Made by a program: the position numbers and the translations under genes. DNA of 64,000 nucleotides. Origin: Gammaproteobacteria bacterium. GTDB lineage: Bacteria; Pseudomonadota; Gammaproteobacteria; SZUA-140. Numbering within the stretch: position 1 is the stretch's first letter; each line of letters opens with the position of its first letter. Below, piece by piece: positions 29,911 to 41,800 of this stretch. The notes under the pieces are model-generated. The model saw only the letters and a program-made list of their open reading frames with translations. It did not search any database and was not told the DNA's origin. Location of the stretch: positions 1,702 to 65,701 of the forward strand of contig QIGV01000154.1 of assembly GCA_003230085.1 (NCBI GenBank), read 5' to 3'.

Positions 29911-30717
29911 CTATTTTCCAAGCAGGATTTCAAGCACCAGCTTGCTGCCGAGATAGGACAGTAGCAGCGCGATGAATCCCCCCAATGTCCAGCGAATAGC
30001 TGTTTTACCACGCCATCCATAATGCCACCTTCCCCATAGCAGGATTGCATACACAGTCCATGCCAGCATGGAAAGAATTGTTTTATGGACCAGGTGCTGG
30101 TCAAAGATATTCTCGATATAGATGAATCCAGTAATCAGGGACAGGCTTTGCAGTACAAAGCCCAGGGTAATCATCTGGAATAGCAGGGTTTCCATGGTCT
30201 GCAAAGGTGGCAGGGCGCGGATGAAACCACCCGGATGTTTGTTATGCAGGTGTCGCTCCTGAACGGCTAGAAGCAGTGCCTGAAGTGCTGCAATACTGAG
30301 CGCACTATAGGCAAGAAACGACAGGAGGATATGAATTTCAAGATGCCTTGCGCTGGAGGGTAGGAAGTGATCCGAGGGAATGGCATATTGCAGAGATATA
30401 GCGATAGCTGCCATAGGGAGTATGACAATACCCAGATTCTCAACAGGTTTGGTGATGGCGGTTACGAGGAATAGTAATGCGATCATCCAGGACAGCAGGG
30501 ATACCGCGTGGAAAAAACCAAAGTTAATACCCGCAAGACCAAACATATTATGAAACAGGATTGCTGCGTGCAATCCAACAGCAATATATCCCAGGATCAA
30601 AGGAACGATCTTTTTGTTTGAATCTTGCGTAGTTTTATTGGTTAATCGGAGCCCTAAGATGAGGCCTGCGGCCAAGTAGCACGAAACCGCAATTACGCTG
30701 ATAAGGGTATAGGTCAT
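29911..30717 (-). CDS. cytochrome c assembly-family inner membrane protein (YpjD-like)
   Basis: 268 aa, polytopic, CcsA-related. Conserved position next to the corC-like gene and ffh. Confidence 0.75.
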   Translation of the reverse strand: MTYTLISVIAVSCYLAAGLILGLRLTNKTTQDSNKKIVPLILGYIAVGLHAAILFHNMFGLAGINFGFFHAVSLLSWMIALLFLVTAITKPVENLGIVILPMAAIAISLQYAIPSDHFLPSSARHLEIHILLSFLAYSALSIAALQALLLAVQERHLHNKHPGGFIRALPPLQTMETLLFQMITLGFVLQSLSLITGFIYIENIFDQHLVHKTILSMLAWTVYAILLWGRWHYGWRGKTAIRWTLGGFIALLLSYLGSKLVLEILLGK

Positions 30718-30987
30718 TTTGGAAAATACTTGTTGTTATCTGAATATAATGACATAACGGGCACAGTCATTGAAGTGCACGGGTATGAATTGTATGCTAA
30801 AAGATATGAAAATAATGGTCGATAGTGTTTTAATATGGGCCTGATCAAAGCTGAATAGTACTAAAATTGCAGGTGCCATAGTTTAAAAATAACGATTATT
30901 TTGTGAAAGAATTATAAAAAACAGGTCTAAGTGCAACAATTACAGGCGATATCATAGTGCCAGCTATGTCGATATTAGGAAATTAAC

Positions 30988-31752
30988 ATGAAACTGCGAG
31001 TCTTGGGTAGTAGCGGTGGTATCGGAGGGAATCTGAGGACGACCTCATATTTGATCGATGACGACATCCTTATCGATGCCGGTACCGGGGTGGGGGAGCT
31101 GACCCTTGATGAAATGAGAAAAATACGCCATGTTTTTCTGACGCATACTCACCTGGACCATATTGCCTGTCTGCCCCTGATGGTCGATAGCATGTTTCCC
31201 ACTATTCTGGAGCCCATCATCATTCATGCCCAGGCTGTTACCATTGCTGTCCTGAAAGAGCATATTTTTAATTGGCACGTATGGCCTGATTTTTCGACCC
31301 TGCCTTCGGATATCAATCCGGTCATGCTTTATGAAATACAGGAGCCGGGCGAGGTCTGTCAGATTGGTGAGCGTCAATTTGAAATGATTGCAGTCAACCA
31401 TATTGTGCCTACAGTCGGCTACCGCATTGAAACTGCCAGCGGCGTCATAGCATTCAGCGGAGATACCACCACCAATGACAATTTCTGGGAGAGGCTAAAT
31501 GCCCATGACCGCCTGGACCATCTGATTGTCGAGGCCGCCTTTGTCAATGAATTGGAAGAGCTCAGTATTAAATCCAGGCATTACTGCCCGAGCTTATTGG
31601 CAGCTGATTTGAAAAAGCTGAAACATCAACCTATGATCTATCTCACCCACAACAAGCCAGCAGTGGAGTCAGAGATACTGGCGCAGTGCAAGGCGGATAT
31701 CCCCGACCGCGAATTACTGCGTCTTATCGGCGGAATGGTGATTGAGATCTAG
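30988..31752 (+). CDS. MBL-fold hydrolase, class II 3',5'-cyclic-nucleotide phosphodiesterase-like
   Basis: LGSSGG N-terminus and an HTHLDH metal motif typical of class II PDEs (CpdP/PDE1 type). Confidence 0.6.
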   Translation: MKLRVLGSSGGIGGNLRTTSYLIDDDILIDAGTGVGELTLDEMRKIRHVFLTHTHLDHIACLPLMVDSMFPTILEPIIIHAQAVTIAVLKEHIFNWHVWPDFSTLPSDINPVMLYEIQEPGEVCQIGERQFEMIAVNHIVPTVGYRIETASGVIAFSGDTTTNDNFWERLNAHDRLDHLIVEAAFVNELEELSIKSRHYCPSLLAADLKKLKHQPMIYLTHNKPAVESEILAQCKADIPDRELLRLIGGMVIEI

Positions 31753-31883
31753 CCGCTCCTACAGTAATACCCAGTCAGCTTGTATTCAGTGCCTTTTCGT
31801 TGTGTATACCCTGATTCGAATTAACTTGTCAGTGGTTTGCGTGTATTATAGCGCCTCTGTATCAATAATAATTTTGAGCCCCC

Positions 31884-33230
31884 ATGTTTGATTCTCTAAG
31901 CGAACGCCTTGGCAAGACCCTGAAGAACCTCCGTGGCCAGGGTCGGATGAAGGAAGATAATATAAAGGATGCCTTGCGCGAAGTGCGCATGGCTCTCCTT
32001 GAGGCAGACGTTGCACTGCCCGTGGTGCGGGAATTTATAGAACAAGTCCGCCAACGTGCGATTGGGCAGGAGGTCGCGAAGAGTCTGTCTCCCGGCCAGG
32101 CCCTGATTAAGATCGTTAAAGACGAATTGACGGCGATCATGGGGGAAGCCGCAGAAGAGCTAAAATTCAATGTCACACCACCCGCTGTAATCCTGATGGC
32201 AGGGTTGCAGGGCGCCGGTAAAACGACCACAGTCGCCAAGCTGACGCGCTGGATCAAGACGCATACCAAGAAGTCAGTCATGGTGGTCAGTGTAGATGTC
32301 TATCGTCCTGCGGCTATCCAACAGCTGGAAACTTTGGCGACAGAAGTAGAGGCCATATTCCACCCTAGCACGAACAAGCAAAAGCCCGTCAAAATTGCAA
32401 AGGAGGCGATTGCCTCCGCACGTCGGCAGTTTATCGATGTTGTTATTATCGATACTGCCGGTCGGCTCCATATTGACGATGAAATGATGGCCGAGATCAA
32501 GGCCCTGCACCAGGTGGTGCAGCCAGTGGAAACACTGTTTGTGGTCGATAGTATGACGGGCCAGGATGCTGCCAATTCCGCCAAGGCATTTGACGATGCA
32601 CTCCCCCTGACCGGTGTCATTTTAACCAAAACCGATGGCGATGCTCGAGGCGGGGCCGCCTTATCTGTGCGGCAGATTACTGGCAAACCGATTAAATTTA
32701 TTGGCGTCGGTGAAAAGACCACAGCACTGGAGGTCTTTCATCCTGACCGCATTGCTTCGAGAATTCTGGGCATGGGTGATGTGCTGAGCCTGATCGAAGA
32801 GGCCGAAAGCAAGCTTGATCGCGGTAAGGCCGAAAAAATGGCCCGCAAGCTCAAAAGTGGCAAAGGTTTTAATCTCGAAGACTTCCGCGATCAGCTACAG
32901 CAAATGCGCAGTATGGGCGGCATCAGTAGCTTGTTGGGTAAAATGCCAGGCATGGGACAGCTGCCTAAAGAGGCAATGAATCAGGTCAACGACAAGCAGT
33001 TCGTGACGCTGGAAGCAATCGTAAATTCTATGACCGTGAAGGAACGTCATTACCCGGATATCATCAAGGCATCCCGGAAGCGCCGCATTGCAGCGGGTTC
33101 TGGAGTGCAAGTACAGGATGTGAATCGACTGCTGAAGCAGTTTACCCAAATGAAAAAGATGATGAAGAAGGTCTCCAGGGGTGGCATGGGGAAAATGATG
33201 AGCAATCTTAAGGGGCAGTTGCCGTTTTAG
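31884..33230 (+). CDS. ffh: signal recognition particle protein
   Basis: 448 aa; NG domain GLQGAGKTT; Met-rich M domain. Confidence 0.97.
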   Translation: MFDSLSERLGKTLKNLRGQGRMKEDNIKDALREVRMALLEADVALPVVREFIEQVRQRAIGQEVAKSLSPGQALIKIVKDELTAIMGEAAEELKFNVTPPAVILMAGLQGAGKTTTVAKLTRWIKTHTKKSVMVVSVDVYRPAAIQQLETLATEVEAIFHPSTNKQKPVKIAKEAIASARRQFIDVVIIDTAGRLHIDDEMMAEIKALHQVVQPVETLFVVDSMTGQDAANSAKAFDDALPLTGVILTKTDGDARGGAALSVRQITGKPIKFIGVGEKTTALEVFHPDRIASRILGMGDVLSLIEEAESKLDRGKAEKMARKLKSGKGFNLEDFRDQLQQMRSMGGISSLLGKMPGMGQLPKEAMNQVNDKQFVTLEAIVNSMTVKERHYPDIIKASRKRRIAAGSGVQVQDVNRLLKQFTQMKKMMKKVSRGGMGKMMSNLKGQLPF

Positions 33231-33234
33231 AAGT

Positions 33235-33344
33235 CCCCCTCTTCCTCCGGGAGAGGGTTGGGGTGAGGGAATATTATAAATATAAAACAATGCCTTATCT
33301 TATAAAGCCACCTCACCCCAACCCTCTCCTACAAGGAGAGGGGG
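33235..33344. repeat. REP-like family 1, inverted pair (GGGAGAGGGTTGGGGTGAGGG ... CCTCACCCCAACCCTCTCC) around an AT-rich spacer
   Basis: Two opposed copies 40 nt apart form a large palindrome directly after the ffh stop codon. Confidence 0.85.
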
Positions 33345-33465
33345 CTTAACAAAGTGCCATTTGGCACTAAATGCTTTTATTTTGTCGAAAATCGCGTAAA
33401 ATGAGTCACTTTTTTATAGGCAGCAGTTTTTCGCAAGGACTTTCAAGAAGGGGTAAATAGCGAAC

Positions 33466-33708
33466 ATGGTAACCATACGATTGGCTCGCGGCGGCGCCAA
33501 GAAACGTCCATTTTATCATATTGTTGTCACTGACAGCCGTATGCCGCGTGATGGACGCTTCATCGAGCGCCTTGGTTTTTTTAATCCGGTGGCGACGGGC
33601 AATGAAGTAAAATTGAAAATTGATGACGAAAGGTATAGCTACTGGTTGTCTCAAGGTGCCAAAGCATCTGAGCGTGTCAGCAGCCTGATCAAGAAGAAGG
33701 CGGCTTAA
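33466..33708 (+). CDS. rpsP: 30S ribosomal protein S16
   Basis: 80 aa, [17 protein letters not shown]. Confidence 0.97.
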   Translation: MVTIRLARGGAKKRPFYHIVVTDSRMPRDGRFIERLGFFNPVATGNEVKLKIDDERYSYWLSQGAKASERVSSLIKKKAA

Positions 33709-33791
33709 TCAGCAGCCTGTGCCGAGAGACAGGAGACAGATGATTTCCTGAGTGGCGCGCTTTTTCTGCCTGGCCTACATGAGGAAAAGCG

Positions 33792-34301
33792 ATGACAGTA
33801 GACTGTGAACACGTCATTGTTGGCAGGATATCCGGGATATTTGGCGTCAAGGGTTGGGTAAAGGTATTTTCATATACCCAGCCGAGAGAGAACATTCTAA
33901 ATTATTCTCCCTGGATGTTGCAGCGGGGAGGACAATGGCAGTGTATTAATATAACTGCAGGACGTCGTCACGGTGCGGGAGTAGTCGCCCATCTGGAAGG
34001 TTATGATGACCGTGACGATGCGCGTAAATTGATTGCTGCTGATATTGCTATTTGCCGGGACCAGTTTGTAGAGACTAAGTCGGGCGAATACTACTGGATC
34101 GATCTAATAGGTCTGAAAGTGGTGAACCTGCAGGGGATGGTGCTCGGTATTGTAGACCATCTTTTGGAGACGGGCGCCAACGATGTTTTGGTTGTACAAG
34201 GGGCGACGGAGATACTGATACCCTATGTTCGCGATGATGTCGTGACCGATGTCAACCTGAAGGACGGGGTTATTACCGTAGACTGGGATGCAGCGTATTG
34301 A
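33792..34301 (+). CDS. rimM: ribosome maturation factor RimM
   Basis: 169 aa; PRC barrel; conserved operon position. Confidence 0.9.
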   Translation: MTVDCEHVIVGRISGIFGVKGWVKVFSYTQPRENILNYSPWMLQRGGQWQCINITAGRRHGAGVVAHLEGYDDRDDARKLIAADIAICRDQFVETKSGEYYWIDLIGLKVVNLQGMVLGIVDHLLETGANDVLVVQGATEILIPYVRDDVVTDVNLKDGVITVDWDAAY

Positions 34302-34314
34302 TGGGCCATCTGTC

Positions 34315-35061
34315 ATGCGGATAGATGTGGTGACGCTGTTCCCGGAAATGGTTGAGACAGTCAGCCGATATGGCGTGACAGGCAGGGCCATTGAGCGGGA
34401 CATCATGCAGCTGGCTTGCTGGAATCCGCGTGATTATTCCCTGGATACCTACCGCGCAGTTGATGATCGGCCATTTGGTGGTGGTCCGGGAATGGTCATG
34501 ATGGTGCAGCCCTTGCGGGATGCAATTGAAGCCGCACGGCAGGCTGCTGATGTGGCTGAAAGCAGGGTGATCTATTTGTCACCCCAGGGACGGCGACTGG
34601 ATCATAGTTACATACGTGAAATGGTCGAACAGTGTGGCCGTCTGATACTGGTTGCGGGACGCTATGAAGGCATCGATGAGCGCTTGCTGGAAACAGAAAT
34701 TGACGAGGAATTATCTATCGGAGATTTCGTGTTGAGCGGCGGTGAACTGGCTTCCATGGTGGTCATTGATGCACTGGCGCGGCAGTTGCCAGGAACATTG
34801 GGGCATGAGGAGTCATCCCGGCAGGATTCATTTTCAGATGGGCTGCTCGAGTATGGCCAATATACCCGGCCCCGGGAAATTGACGGCATGGAGGTGCCCG
34901 AGATACTGCTGAGTGGCAATCATGAGGCGATTAGAGTGTGGCGCGAAAAACAGGCCTTGGGGCGAACCTGGCTAAAACGGCCGGAATTATTCGCAGGCAT
35001 TGAGCTGACTGAGCAGCAGCGGCATTTGCTGGATGAATTCAAGAAAGAGTATGACAGTTAG
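34315..35061 (+). CDS. trmD: tRNA (guanine37-N1)-methyltransferase
   Basis: [12 protein letters not shown]... through the SPOUT knot. The ORF track begins 9 codons earlier. Confidence 0.93.
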   Translation: MRIDVVTLFPEMVETVSRYGVTGRAIERDIMQLACWNPRDYSLDTYRAVDDRPFGGGPGMVMMVQPLRDAIEAARQAADVAESRVIYLSPQGRRLDHSYIREMVEQCGRLILVAGRYEGIDERLLETEIDEELSIGDFVLSGGELASMVVIDALARQLPGTLGHEESSRQDSFSDGLLEYGQYTRPREIDGMEVPEILLSGNHEAIRVWREKQALGRTWLKRPELFAGIELTEQQRHLLDEFKKEYDS

Positions 35062-35099
35062 CATTAATTGAGATTCTATGGATATCGGGAGTATAGAGA

Positions 35100-35444
35100 A
35101 TGAGTGAGATAATTAAACAGATTGAAGCAGAACAGATGACTCGTGAGGTGCCTGCCTTTAGTTCCGGTGATACCGTGGAAGTAAAGGTTAAGGTTAAGGA
35201 AGGCACCCGTGAGCGTTTGCAGGCTTTCACTGGCGTCGTCATCGCCAAGCGTAATCGCGGCATGAATTCCGCATTCACAGTACGTAAGATTTCTCATGGA
35301 GAGGGTGTCGAGCGGGTATTTCAGACCTATAGTACCGCTATTGACAGCATTACTGTGAAACGTCGCGGTGATGTGCGCAGAGCCAAGTTATATTATCTGC
35401 GTGAGCTGCGTGGTAAAGCTGCCCGCATTAAGGAAAAATTGTAA
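35100..35444 (+). CDS. rplS: 50S ribosomal protein L19
   Basis: 114 aa, conserved. Confidence 0.97.
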   Translation: MSEIIKQIEAEQMTREVPAFSSGDTVEVKVKVKEGTRERLQAFTGVVIAKRNRGMNSAFTVRKISHGEGVERVFQTYSTAIDSITVKRRGDVRRAKLYYLRELRGKAARIKEKL

Positions 35445-35501
35445 GCGCTGCTGGGAAGCGTCTAAACAGGTTGTTAAACGCTTCCGGATAGACCAGGGGA
35501 G

Positions 35502-35987
35502 ATGCAGAGTGTGGAATATGCTGCGCTTGTCGCCCTTCCAGATGGGGCCTTCAGGCTCGGCATACGCATTTGCGACGGTGGATTGAGCCAGATTCATCTG
35601 GTGCCACCTGATTTCAAGATCAGGAAAAGCAATCATAATAGTGAGCTGGTTGGCAGGATCGTTAGCCAGCTTGACGACTATCTCGACGATCCAGGCAGTG
35701 TTTTTTCTTTACCCCTAACCCTGCAAGGCAGTGTGTTTCAACGCCGAGTTTGGCAGGCACTAGCCACTATTCCCGCAGGTAAAACTTTTACCTATGGTGC
35801 CTTGGCGAAAAAGCTGGGGACCTCTTCGCGCGCCATCGGTGGTGCGTGTCGTGCTAATCCTGTTCCTGTCGTCATTCCTTGTCACCGAGTGGTGGCCGCC
35901 CATGGTATTGGCGGCTATGCCGGTCATACCAGTGGCGAAGTATTGGGCATCAAAAACTGGTTGCTGGATCATGAATCCCGGTTATAA
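35502..35987 (+). CDS. ogt: methylated-DNA--protein-cysteine methyltransferase
   Basis: Active-site IPCHRVV motif. Confidence 0.85.
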   Translation: MQSVEYAALVALPDGAFRLGIRICDGGLSQIHLVPPDFKIRKSNHNSELVGRIVSQLDDYLDDPGSVFSLPLTLQGSVFQRRVWQALATIPAGKTFTYGALAKKLGTSSRAIGGACRANPVPVVIPCHRVVAAHGIGGYAGHTSGEVLGIKNWLLDHESRL

Positions 35988-36912
35988 ACCACCACACGAT
36001 ACTATTGATAGAAAACTTTCAGGTCTCGATGCCGGAATTCTGGAGCGTTTTTTGGATGCCTTGTGGGCAGAGCGGGGATTGAGTGACAGCACACTGACAG
36101 CCTATCGTGCCGACCTCAAAGGGTTTGCTGTTTGGTTGGGGGCAGACCGCGGTGGGCTGATTGCTGCACGTCGTGATGATCTTCTGGACTATTTGGCGGA
36201 ACGGGTAAAGAAAAAGGCCCAGGTTCGCACTTCCGCACGGTTGCTATCCAGCATCAGGCGTTTCTATCAATATCTCTTGCGCGAAGGGCTGATTAATGAG
36301 GATCCCAGCGCCCGGATTGAATCGCCCAAGTTGGGGCGGCCATTGCCAAAATCATTGACAGAAACAGAAGTTGAGGCCTTGTTGGCGGCGCCCGATATCA
36401 CAAGCGATATCGGGCTACGTGATCGAACCATGCTGGAGCTGATGTATGCCACGGGTGTCCGGGTTTCAGAGCTGATATCGATTACCTTACCACGAGTTAA
36501 TCTTCGCCAGTGCGTGATACGGGTCTTCGGTAAGGGCAATAAGGAACGTATCATTCCTCTGGGTGAGGAGGCCGTTGATTGGCTGGAGCGATACCTGGGT
36601 GAAGCACGTGCAGCATTGTTAAAAGAGCGGCCATGTGACGCCGTCTTTGTCACGCGACGCGGTTCGTCGATGACCCGTCAGGCCTTTTGGTACCTGATCA
36701 AGCGTTATGCCCGGGATGCTGGCATTGATAAGGCATTATCACCTCATACCTTACGCCATGCTTTTGCGACTCATCTGCTGAATCATGGCGCAGATCTGCG
36801 CGTCTTGCAGATGCTGCTGGGACATAGTGACCTGTCCACGACCCAGATATACACCCATGTAGCGGGGGAGCGCCTCAAGGAATTACATGCGGCGCATCAT
36901 CCGCGTGGTTGA
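35971..36912 (+). CDS. xerD: site-specific tyrosine recombinase XerD
   Basis: Collinear with E. coli XerD up to [39 protein letters not shown]. The first in-frame ATG overlaps the ogt stop by 17 nt; the ORF track begins 59 codons earlier. Confidence 0.9.
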   Translation: [313 protein letters not shown]

Positions 36913-37032
36913 GAGAGTATTGCCATTCAAGGGTATTGCTCACAGGATTTTTATCCATAATATGGATACAATATAAGCACGTCCTGATTGCAGGGCAATT
37001 TTTTCAGGTACCATGGAGTAGCAAGAGCCACT

Positions 37033-37812
37033 ATGAATGCAATTCGATCAGCAATAATATTCTGTCTGTTTTTTCTGATTTCCGGGCTGGCTATGGCCGC
37101 CAGCGAAGACGACGCGGCCATCAAAAAGACTCTTTCCCATGTCATTCCCGGCCAGCAACCAGATTCCATAGTCGAGACACCAATATCCGGTCTTTATGAA
37201 GTCATTTATGGCAGCGAAATACTATATGTTACAGGCGACGGACGCTTCCTGATTCAGGGTGACCTGGTAGATATGCAGAAGAAAGTCAATCTGACTGAGG
37301 AAAAAAGGTCGCAGGGACGGATGGCGCTGCTCGAGTCAATCGATGCCTCGACAGCGATCATCTTCGCACCGGATAAAACTCGTTATGTGGTCTATGTATT
37401 TACGGATGTTGACTGTGCCTATTGCAGGAAAATGCACAAGGGAATCGCAACCTACATGAAACAGGGTATTGAAATTCGTTACCTTGCTTATCCGCGCAGC
37501 GGGGTCAACACAGAATCTTATTTCAAGGCGGTGTCAGTGTGGTGTGCCGAAGATCGTCAGGCGATGTTGACGCTGGCCAAGACAGGGGCCCGGATGGCGC
37601 GCGCGAAATGTGAAAACCCGGTATTGGATCACATGGCGAAGGCCGGGCAGATTGGTCTTACCGGAACGCCTACCCTGTTGTTACCTGATGGGACCGTTAT
37701 CCCAGGTTATGTTCCACCGGATCAGCTGATCCGGGTGCTGGATGAACGTATTGGAAAGGCTTCTCCCCGTATTCCCCTGGCGCCGCCGGTTACTGACACA
37801 CCGCCACATTAA
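37033..37812 (+). CDS. dsbC: thiol:disulfide interchange protein DsbC
   Basis: Signal peptide; CAYC active site; conserved xerD-dsbC pairing. Confidence 0.9.
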   Translation: MNAIRSAIIFCLFFLISGLAMAASEDDAAIKKTLSHVIPGQQPDSIVETPISGLYEVIYGSEILYVTGDGRFLIQGDLVDMQKKVNLTEEKRSQGRMALLESIDASTAIIFAPDKTRYVVYVFTDVDCAYCRKMHKGIATYMKQGIEIRYLAYPRSGVNTESYFKAVSVWCAEDRQAMLTLAKTGARMARAKCENPVLDHMAKAGQIGLTGTPTLLLPDGTVIPGYVPPDQLIRVLDERIGKASPRIPLAPPVTDTPPH

Positions 37813-38086
37813 ACTCGCATAAAATATACTCGCTCAGATTTGAGCCTGTAATCGACCTTTTATCGCTATCTGGGTGATGATTGTGAAACGGCAGCAATGT
37901 CGCGACAGGAGTCATTCGTTTTTATTTAAAAAATAAGTGCTACCGGCCAATAACCGACCTTTAGCGCAATGTAAAACGGCCCCCGAAGGAGCCTTCTGAT
38001 ATTTCGTTTGTTCAGCAAGGGCTACGCCACTCTCTTGCGTCTCATCATTCCTGCGAGACCGATCAAGCTAGTAAGGAGCGGACATC

Positions 38087-38187
38087 GAAAACCGAGAAAA
38101 CCGGGGTCAGACTTCAGTTTCTAAAACCGAGCTCAGACTACAGTTTTCTTAATGCGCTAGAAACTGAAGTCTGACCCCGGTTTTCTT
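38087..38187. repeat. hairpin repeat family 2, copy 2 (perfect 28-bp arms GAAAACCGGGGTCAGACTTCAGTTTCTA / TAGAAACTGAAGTCTGACCCCGGTTTTC, plus an internal degenerate arm)
   Basis: Direct reading; lies in a 580-bp ORF-free gap. Confidence 0.9.
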
Positions 38188-38392
38188 CTTTATGGCGATT
38201 TGCTTTCCGATCGTCCCGGCATGTGGCCCGAAGGACTGCAAGGAGTTGGCGGCTGTCGATTATCTTCACTGTTTAAACTTCCGCTCTTAGTATGGAGCCG
38301 CCTACCGGTGTTTTAGGAATGACAGAATCTGTCCGGCTAGACACTACTGCCAGGCTAGATCTGATTGACTACATATAATACTAATCAGTGTA

Positions 38393-38743
38393 TTATTTCT
38401 CAGTGTTCACACACTGATAAACTTTAAACGTCTGTTGTCCATCTTTGATATCAGAAGCTGCGACAATGGTGTTTCCCGCTAAATTGGCGGCGGAATTTCG
38501 TCCTAAGGTGTTAAGTTCCTGTTGCACCTTTTCTTGATTGCGTTCAAAACCAGCAATTTTCGACTTTAATGAAGCCGTCGTAGAACCCAGCAATTTACAG
38601 TTTGTTATATCTTCCGCAAATAAAATACGAACATCTTCGCCGTCTGGGGTTAATTTAACCCAGCTACATGCAGTCATTGATGTGATCAGCATTGAGCATA
38701 GCAAGATACTTAAATAGTGAATATTTTTCATAAATGTGTCCAT
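38393..38743 (-). CDS. small lipoprotein, unknown function
   Basis: Signal peptide with lipobox ITSMTAC; 116 aa. Confidence 0.55.
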   Translation of the reverse strand: MDTFMKNIHYLSILLCSMLITSMTACSWVKLTPDGEDVRILFAEDITNCKLLGSTTASLKSKIAGFERNQEKVQQELNTLGRNSAANLAGNTIVAASDIKDGQQTFKVYQCVNTEK

Positions 38744-38896
38744 GAGAGAGAATCCAGAATTTGAATTTTGCAGGCACGCTATTATTACACAGTGTGGCTC
38801 GGGCTTAAATAAGTATGTAACATCATGACAACAAACGACCCAGACAATTTGTAGGGGCGGTTTCCACCCTACGGTTACGTTTTATCATTGGTGGAA

Positions 38897-41800
38897 TTAA
38901 TGATTATGTTTTGTCTCTGTGAATGTTAGCTCATAAGAGGCTGTGCAGGCGGTGAACAGTAGCAGGACACGCAATTTTTTATCTGGCCACAATTTTCTGA
39001 CGCCCTGGTAATAGTATTGCATCTGTCGCTGATAGGGCGCTGCCAGCAACGCTAGATTATCAGGGGTCGCATTAAGATGGGTTTTATAATCAATCAGTGT
39101 CAAGGTATCTGCGATCACCAGGCGATCAATCACGCCGTTTACGATTTGGCCATCCTGTTCATAAACCAGTGGTACTTCATTCGTGGCCTGCTGGTAGAAA
39201 GTCTTATTGAAGAGCATACTGAATTCAGAATTATCGACCACTGTCAGTGCTTCCTGCCAGCAAGCCTGAAATGTCGGATCTTGTGGGTCGACACTGAAAT
39301 CATTGGCAATCGCCTGATACAGACGAGCCCTGCCTTCGCGCGTTTCACCTGTGACCTGCCCGGGGTTGCGGGTTAGAAGATCAAGCATGCGGTGGATCAC
39401 GATGCCGCGGTTGAAACCCTCGTTAACCACTATTCCATCGTCAACTAATATTGGTTTTCTCCATTTTTCTTCCTGTACTTCAGATTGCAATGTGCTGGGC
39501 GTTACTTCCTGTGGTACGGGCGCCGTAGGAATCTGTTGGGAAAGGCGGGGATCCAGCACCTCCTCTTCTCTGTCTTTATTGTCATCAGGATGTGGTAGCT
39601 GTGTTGGCATTTGTCCTGATTCAATTTCAAAGCCATCTAAACTGATATTTTCCTCAATACCCAATGCCGCTACGATATCCCCGTACCAGCCATGATCATT
39701 GCCTCGCTTTGGCATACAGCCAGAGATGATGAGCCATTGTCGTGTTCGGGTGAGGGCAACATACAGTAGGTTGGTTTCTTCAATCAGGTCTTCCGCATCA
39801 GCCTGGTCACGCAGATGCAAACTCCAGCTATCCAGTTCACTGGTTTTCGCCCCGATTAGAAAGCTGTCCGGTTTACTGGACTCGCTCGGCCAGTCCGCCA
39901 ATAGTTGATAGGCACTTGGCCGCTTGCGGGGGCGGGCACTGTCAGCCAGAAATACGATCGGTGATTCAAGGCCCTTAGCAGCATGGATGGTCATGATGCG
40001 TACGGCATCCTGCTGGTCAAGATGCGGTGCCTCCTCAAGGGCGTTTTGGTCATACTGATGCAGAGCGCGTATACGAGCCAGAAAATGTGGCAGGCTGGGA
40101 TAGCGTCCACTGTCAACTTCCAGTGCAATTTCAATAAATCGGATCAGATTACCTCGTGCCCGTGAGCGTAGTGATGCAGGGAAAGCAGACTGGTAACACT
40201 GTAATACATTTGCATCACAATAAATCCGGTCCAACAGATCATGGACGGGAAGCTGTCCTGCCAAATTTCGCCAGTCATTCAATAGATTCCACGCACGTTT
40301 CAATGGTGTGTTATCCGCTATTTCATGCTGGTGTGAGCACAAGGTGTCAAACCACGAGGCAGTGCCAACACTGGTTTGTTGTGATCTTTCTGCCAGAAAA
40401 ATCAGATCATCATCACTGCAGGCGAACAGTGGTGAGCGTAGTACACAGGCCAGGGATAGATTATTGTAGGGTGCCAGAAGCAGTTCCAGCAGCGTGACCA
40501 TATCCTGGATTTCAAGGCAGTCGAGTAAAGTGGTCCGCCCACCTCCCCGATAGGGGATTGAAGCATTGCGTAACGCCTTTTCATAGTGATGAATATGGGT
40601 GCGGCTGCGCACCAGGATGGTGATGTCGCTGTAGCCAACTTGATGAACTTTGTCGTGGGTGGTTAACAGTGTTTTCGAAGAAATGATTTTGCTGATATGT
40701 TCTGCGATCAGTTCCCCTTCCGCAAAATGGAGATCATCCGAGTCATCAGGGCGAGGCGCCATGAGAGGATTGCGCAGTTCATGCTGTGTCTCGGTATGCT
40801 CCTCTACAGCCAGGCGCTTTTCCTTGATGATCAATGGCAAGATTTCTACCCGCCCCCACAGATTCTCATGGTGAGTGCTATGGCAATGAAAATTTGGCAG
40901 CCGTGATTTGAAGTCGCCATTCATGAAGATGCTGTTGACAAAATCAATGATGGTGGGCGCAGAACGCCTTGAGGTGTCCAGGGTACAGTTTTCGACCTTC
41001 AGGTGAACCTTCATCCAGTCATTCGCAGCATCAAAAAGGTGCGGATTGGCGCGTCGGAAACGATAGATAGATTGTTTGCTATCACCCACCAGGAACACAC
41101 TGCGTTGTTGTTCATGGTCGCTTGCGGCAAGCTCCTCCAGCAGGGGTAGCAATATGGCCCATTGGGTAGGGTTGGTATCCTGGAATTCATCGACCAGAAA
41201 GTGATCGATCCGGTGATCCAGTTTGTACTGTACCCATAGGGCTTGATCACTGTGGTGCAGGAGCAAATAGGTGTGCCACTCGAGATCAGAGAAGTCGAGT
41301 TGGCGGCGTTCCGTCTTGATTCTCATAGTGTGGCTGAGAAATTCTGCGCCTGCCCGATACCAGGCTTGATTGATACGCAGTGTGAGCAGTCTATTTTCCT
41401 GCTCTCTGAGTAGGGCCAACTCCGCGCAGATTATTTCATGAATCTGCAAAAAGCGTTGTTGACCTGACTCGCCCATTGATTTGAGTTGGGCTTTCGTCTC
41501 TTTGCGGGCGACAGGTTCGTTCTTTTGGGTCAGAAATACTGACCGGATGTGCTGCAATCTTTCAATCAAGGAGAAAGACGGCTCGCATGCGCGCCTGAGA
41601 CGCACGATATGCTTTTGATTTGTATTCGTCTGATGCAGATCCAGAAGATGTATAAATTCATCAAGCATCGGGAGGGTATTCCCGCCGAGAAAGGTTAAGC
41701 CTGGCTCGGTTTGTGGGTCAATATCGAGCTGCCTGGTCAAGGCCTTTGTGGCGTAGCTTACCGGGTCTTTTTGCCCCAGTGTATAGGCCCACCAATCAAC

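Noticed and set aside
35794-35970. N-terminal 59-codon extension of the xerD ORF overlapping ogt
   Set aside because: Homology to XerD starts only at the internal ATG 35971. The extension is out-of-frame overlap with the ogt coding sequence.
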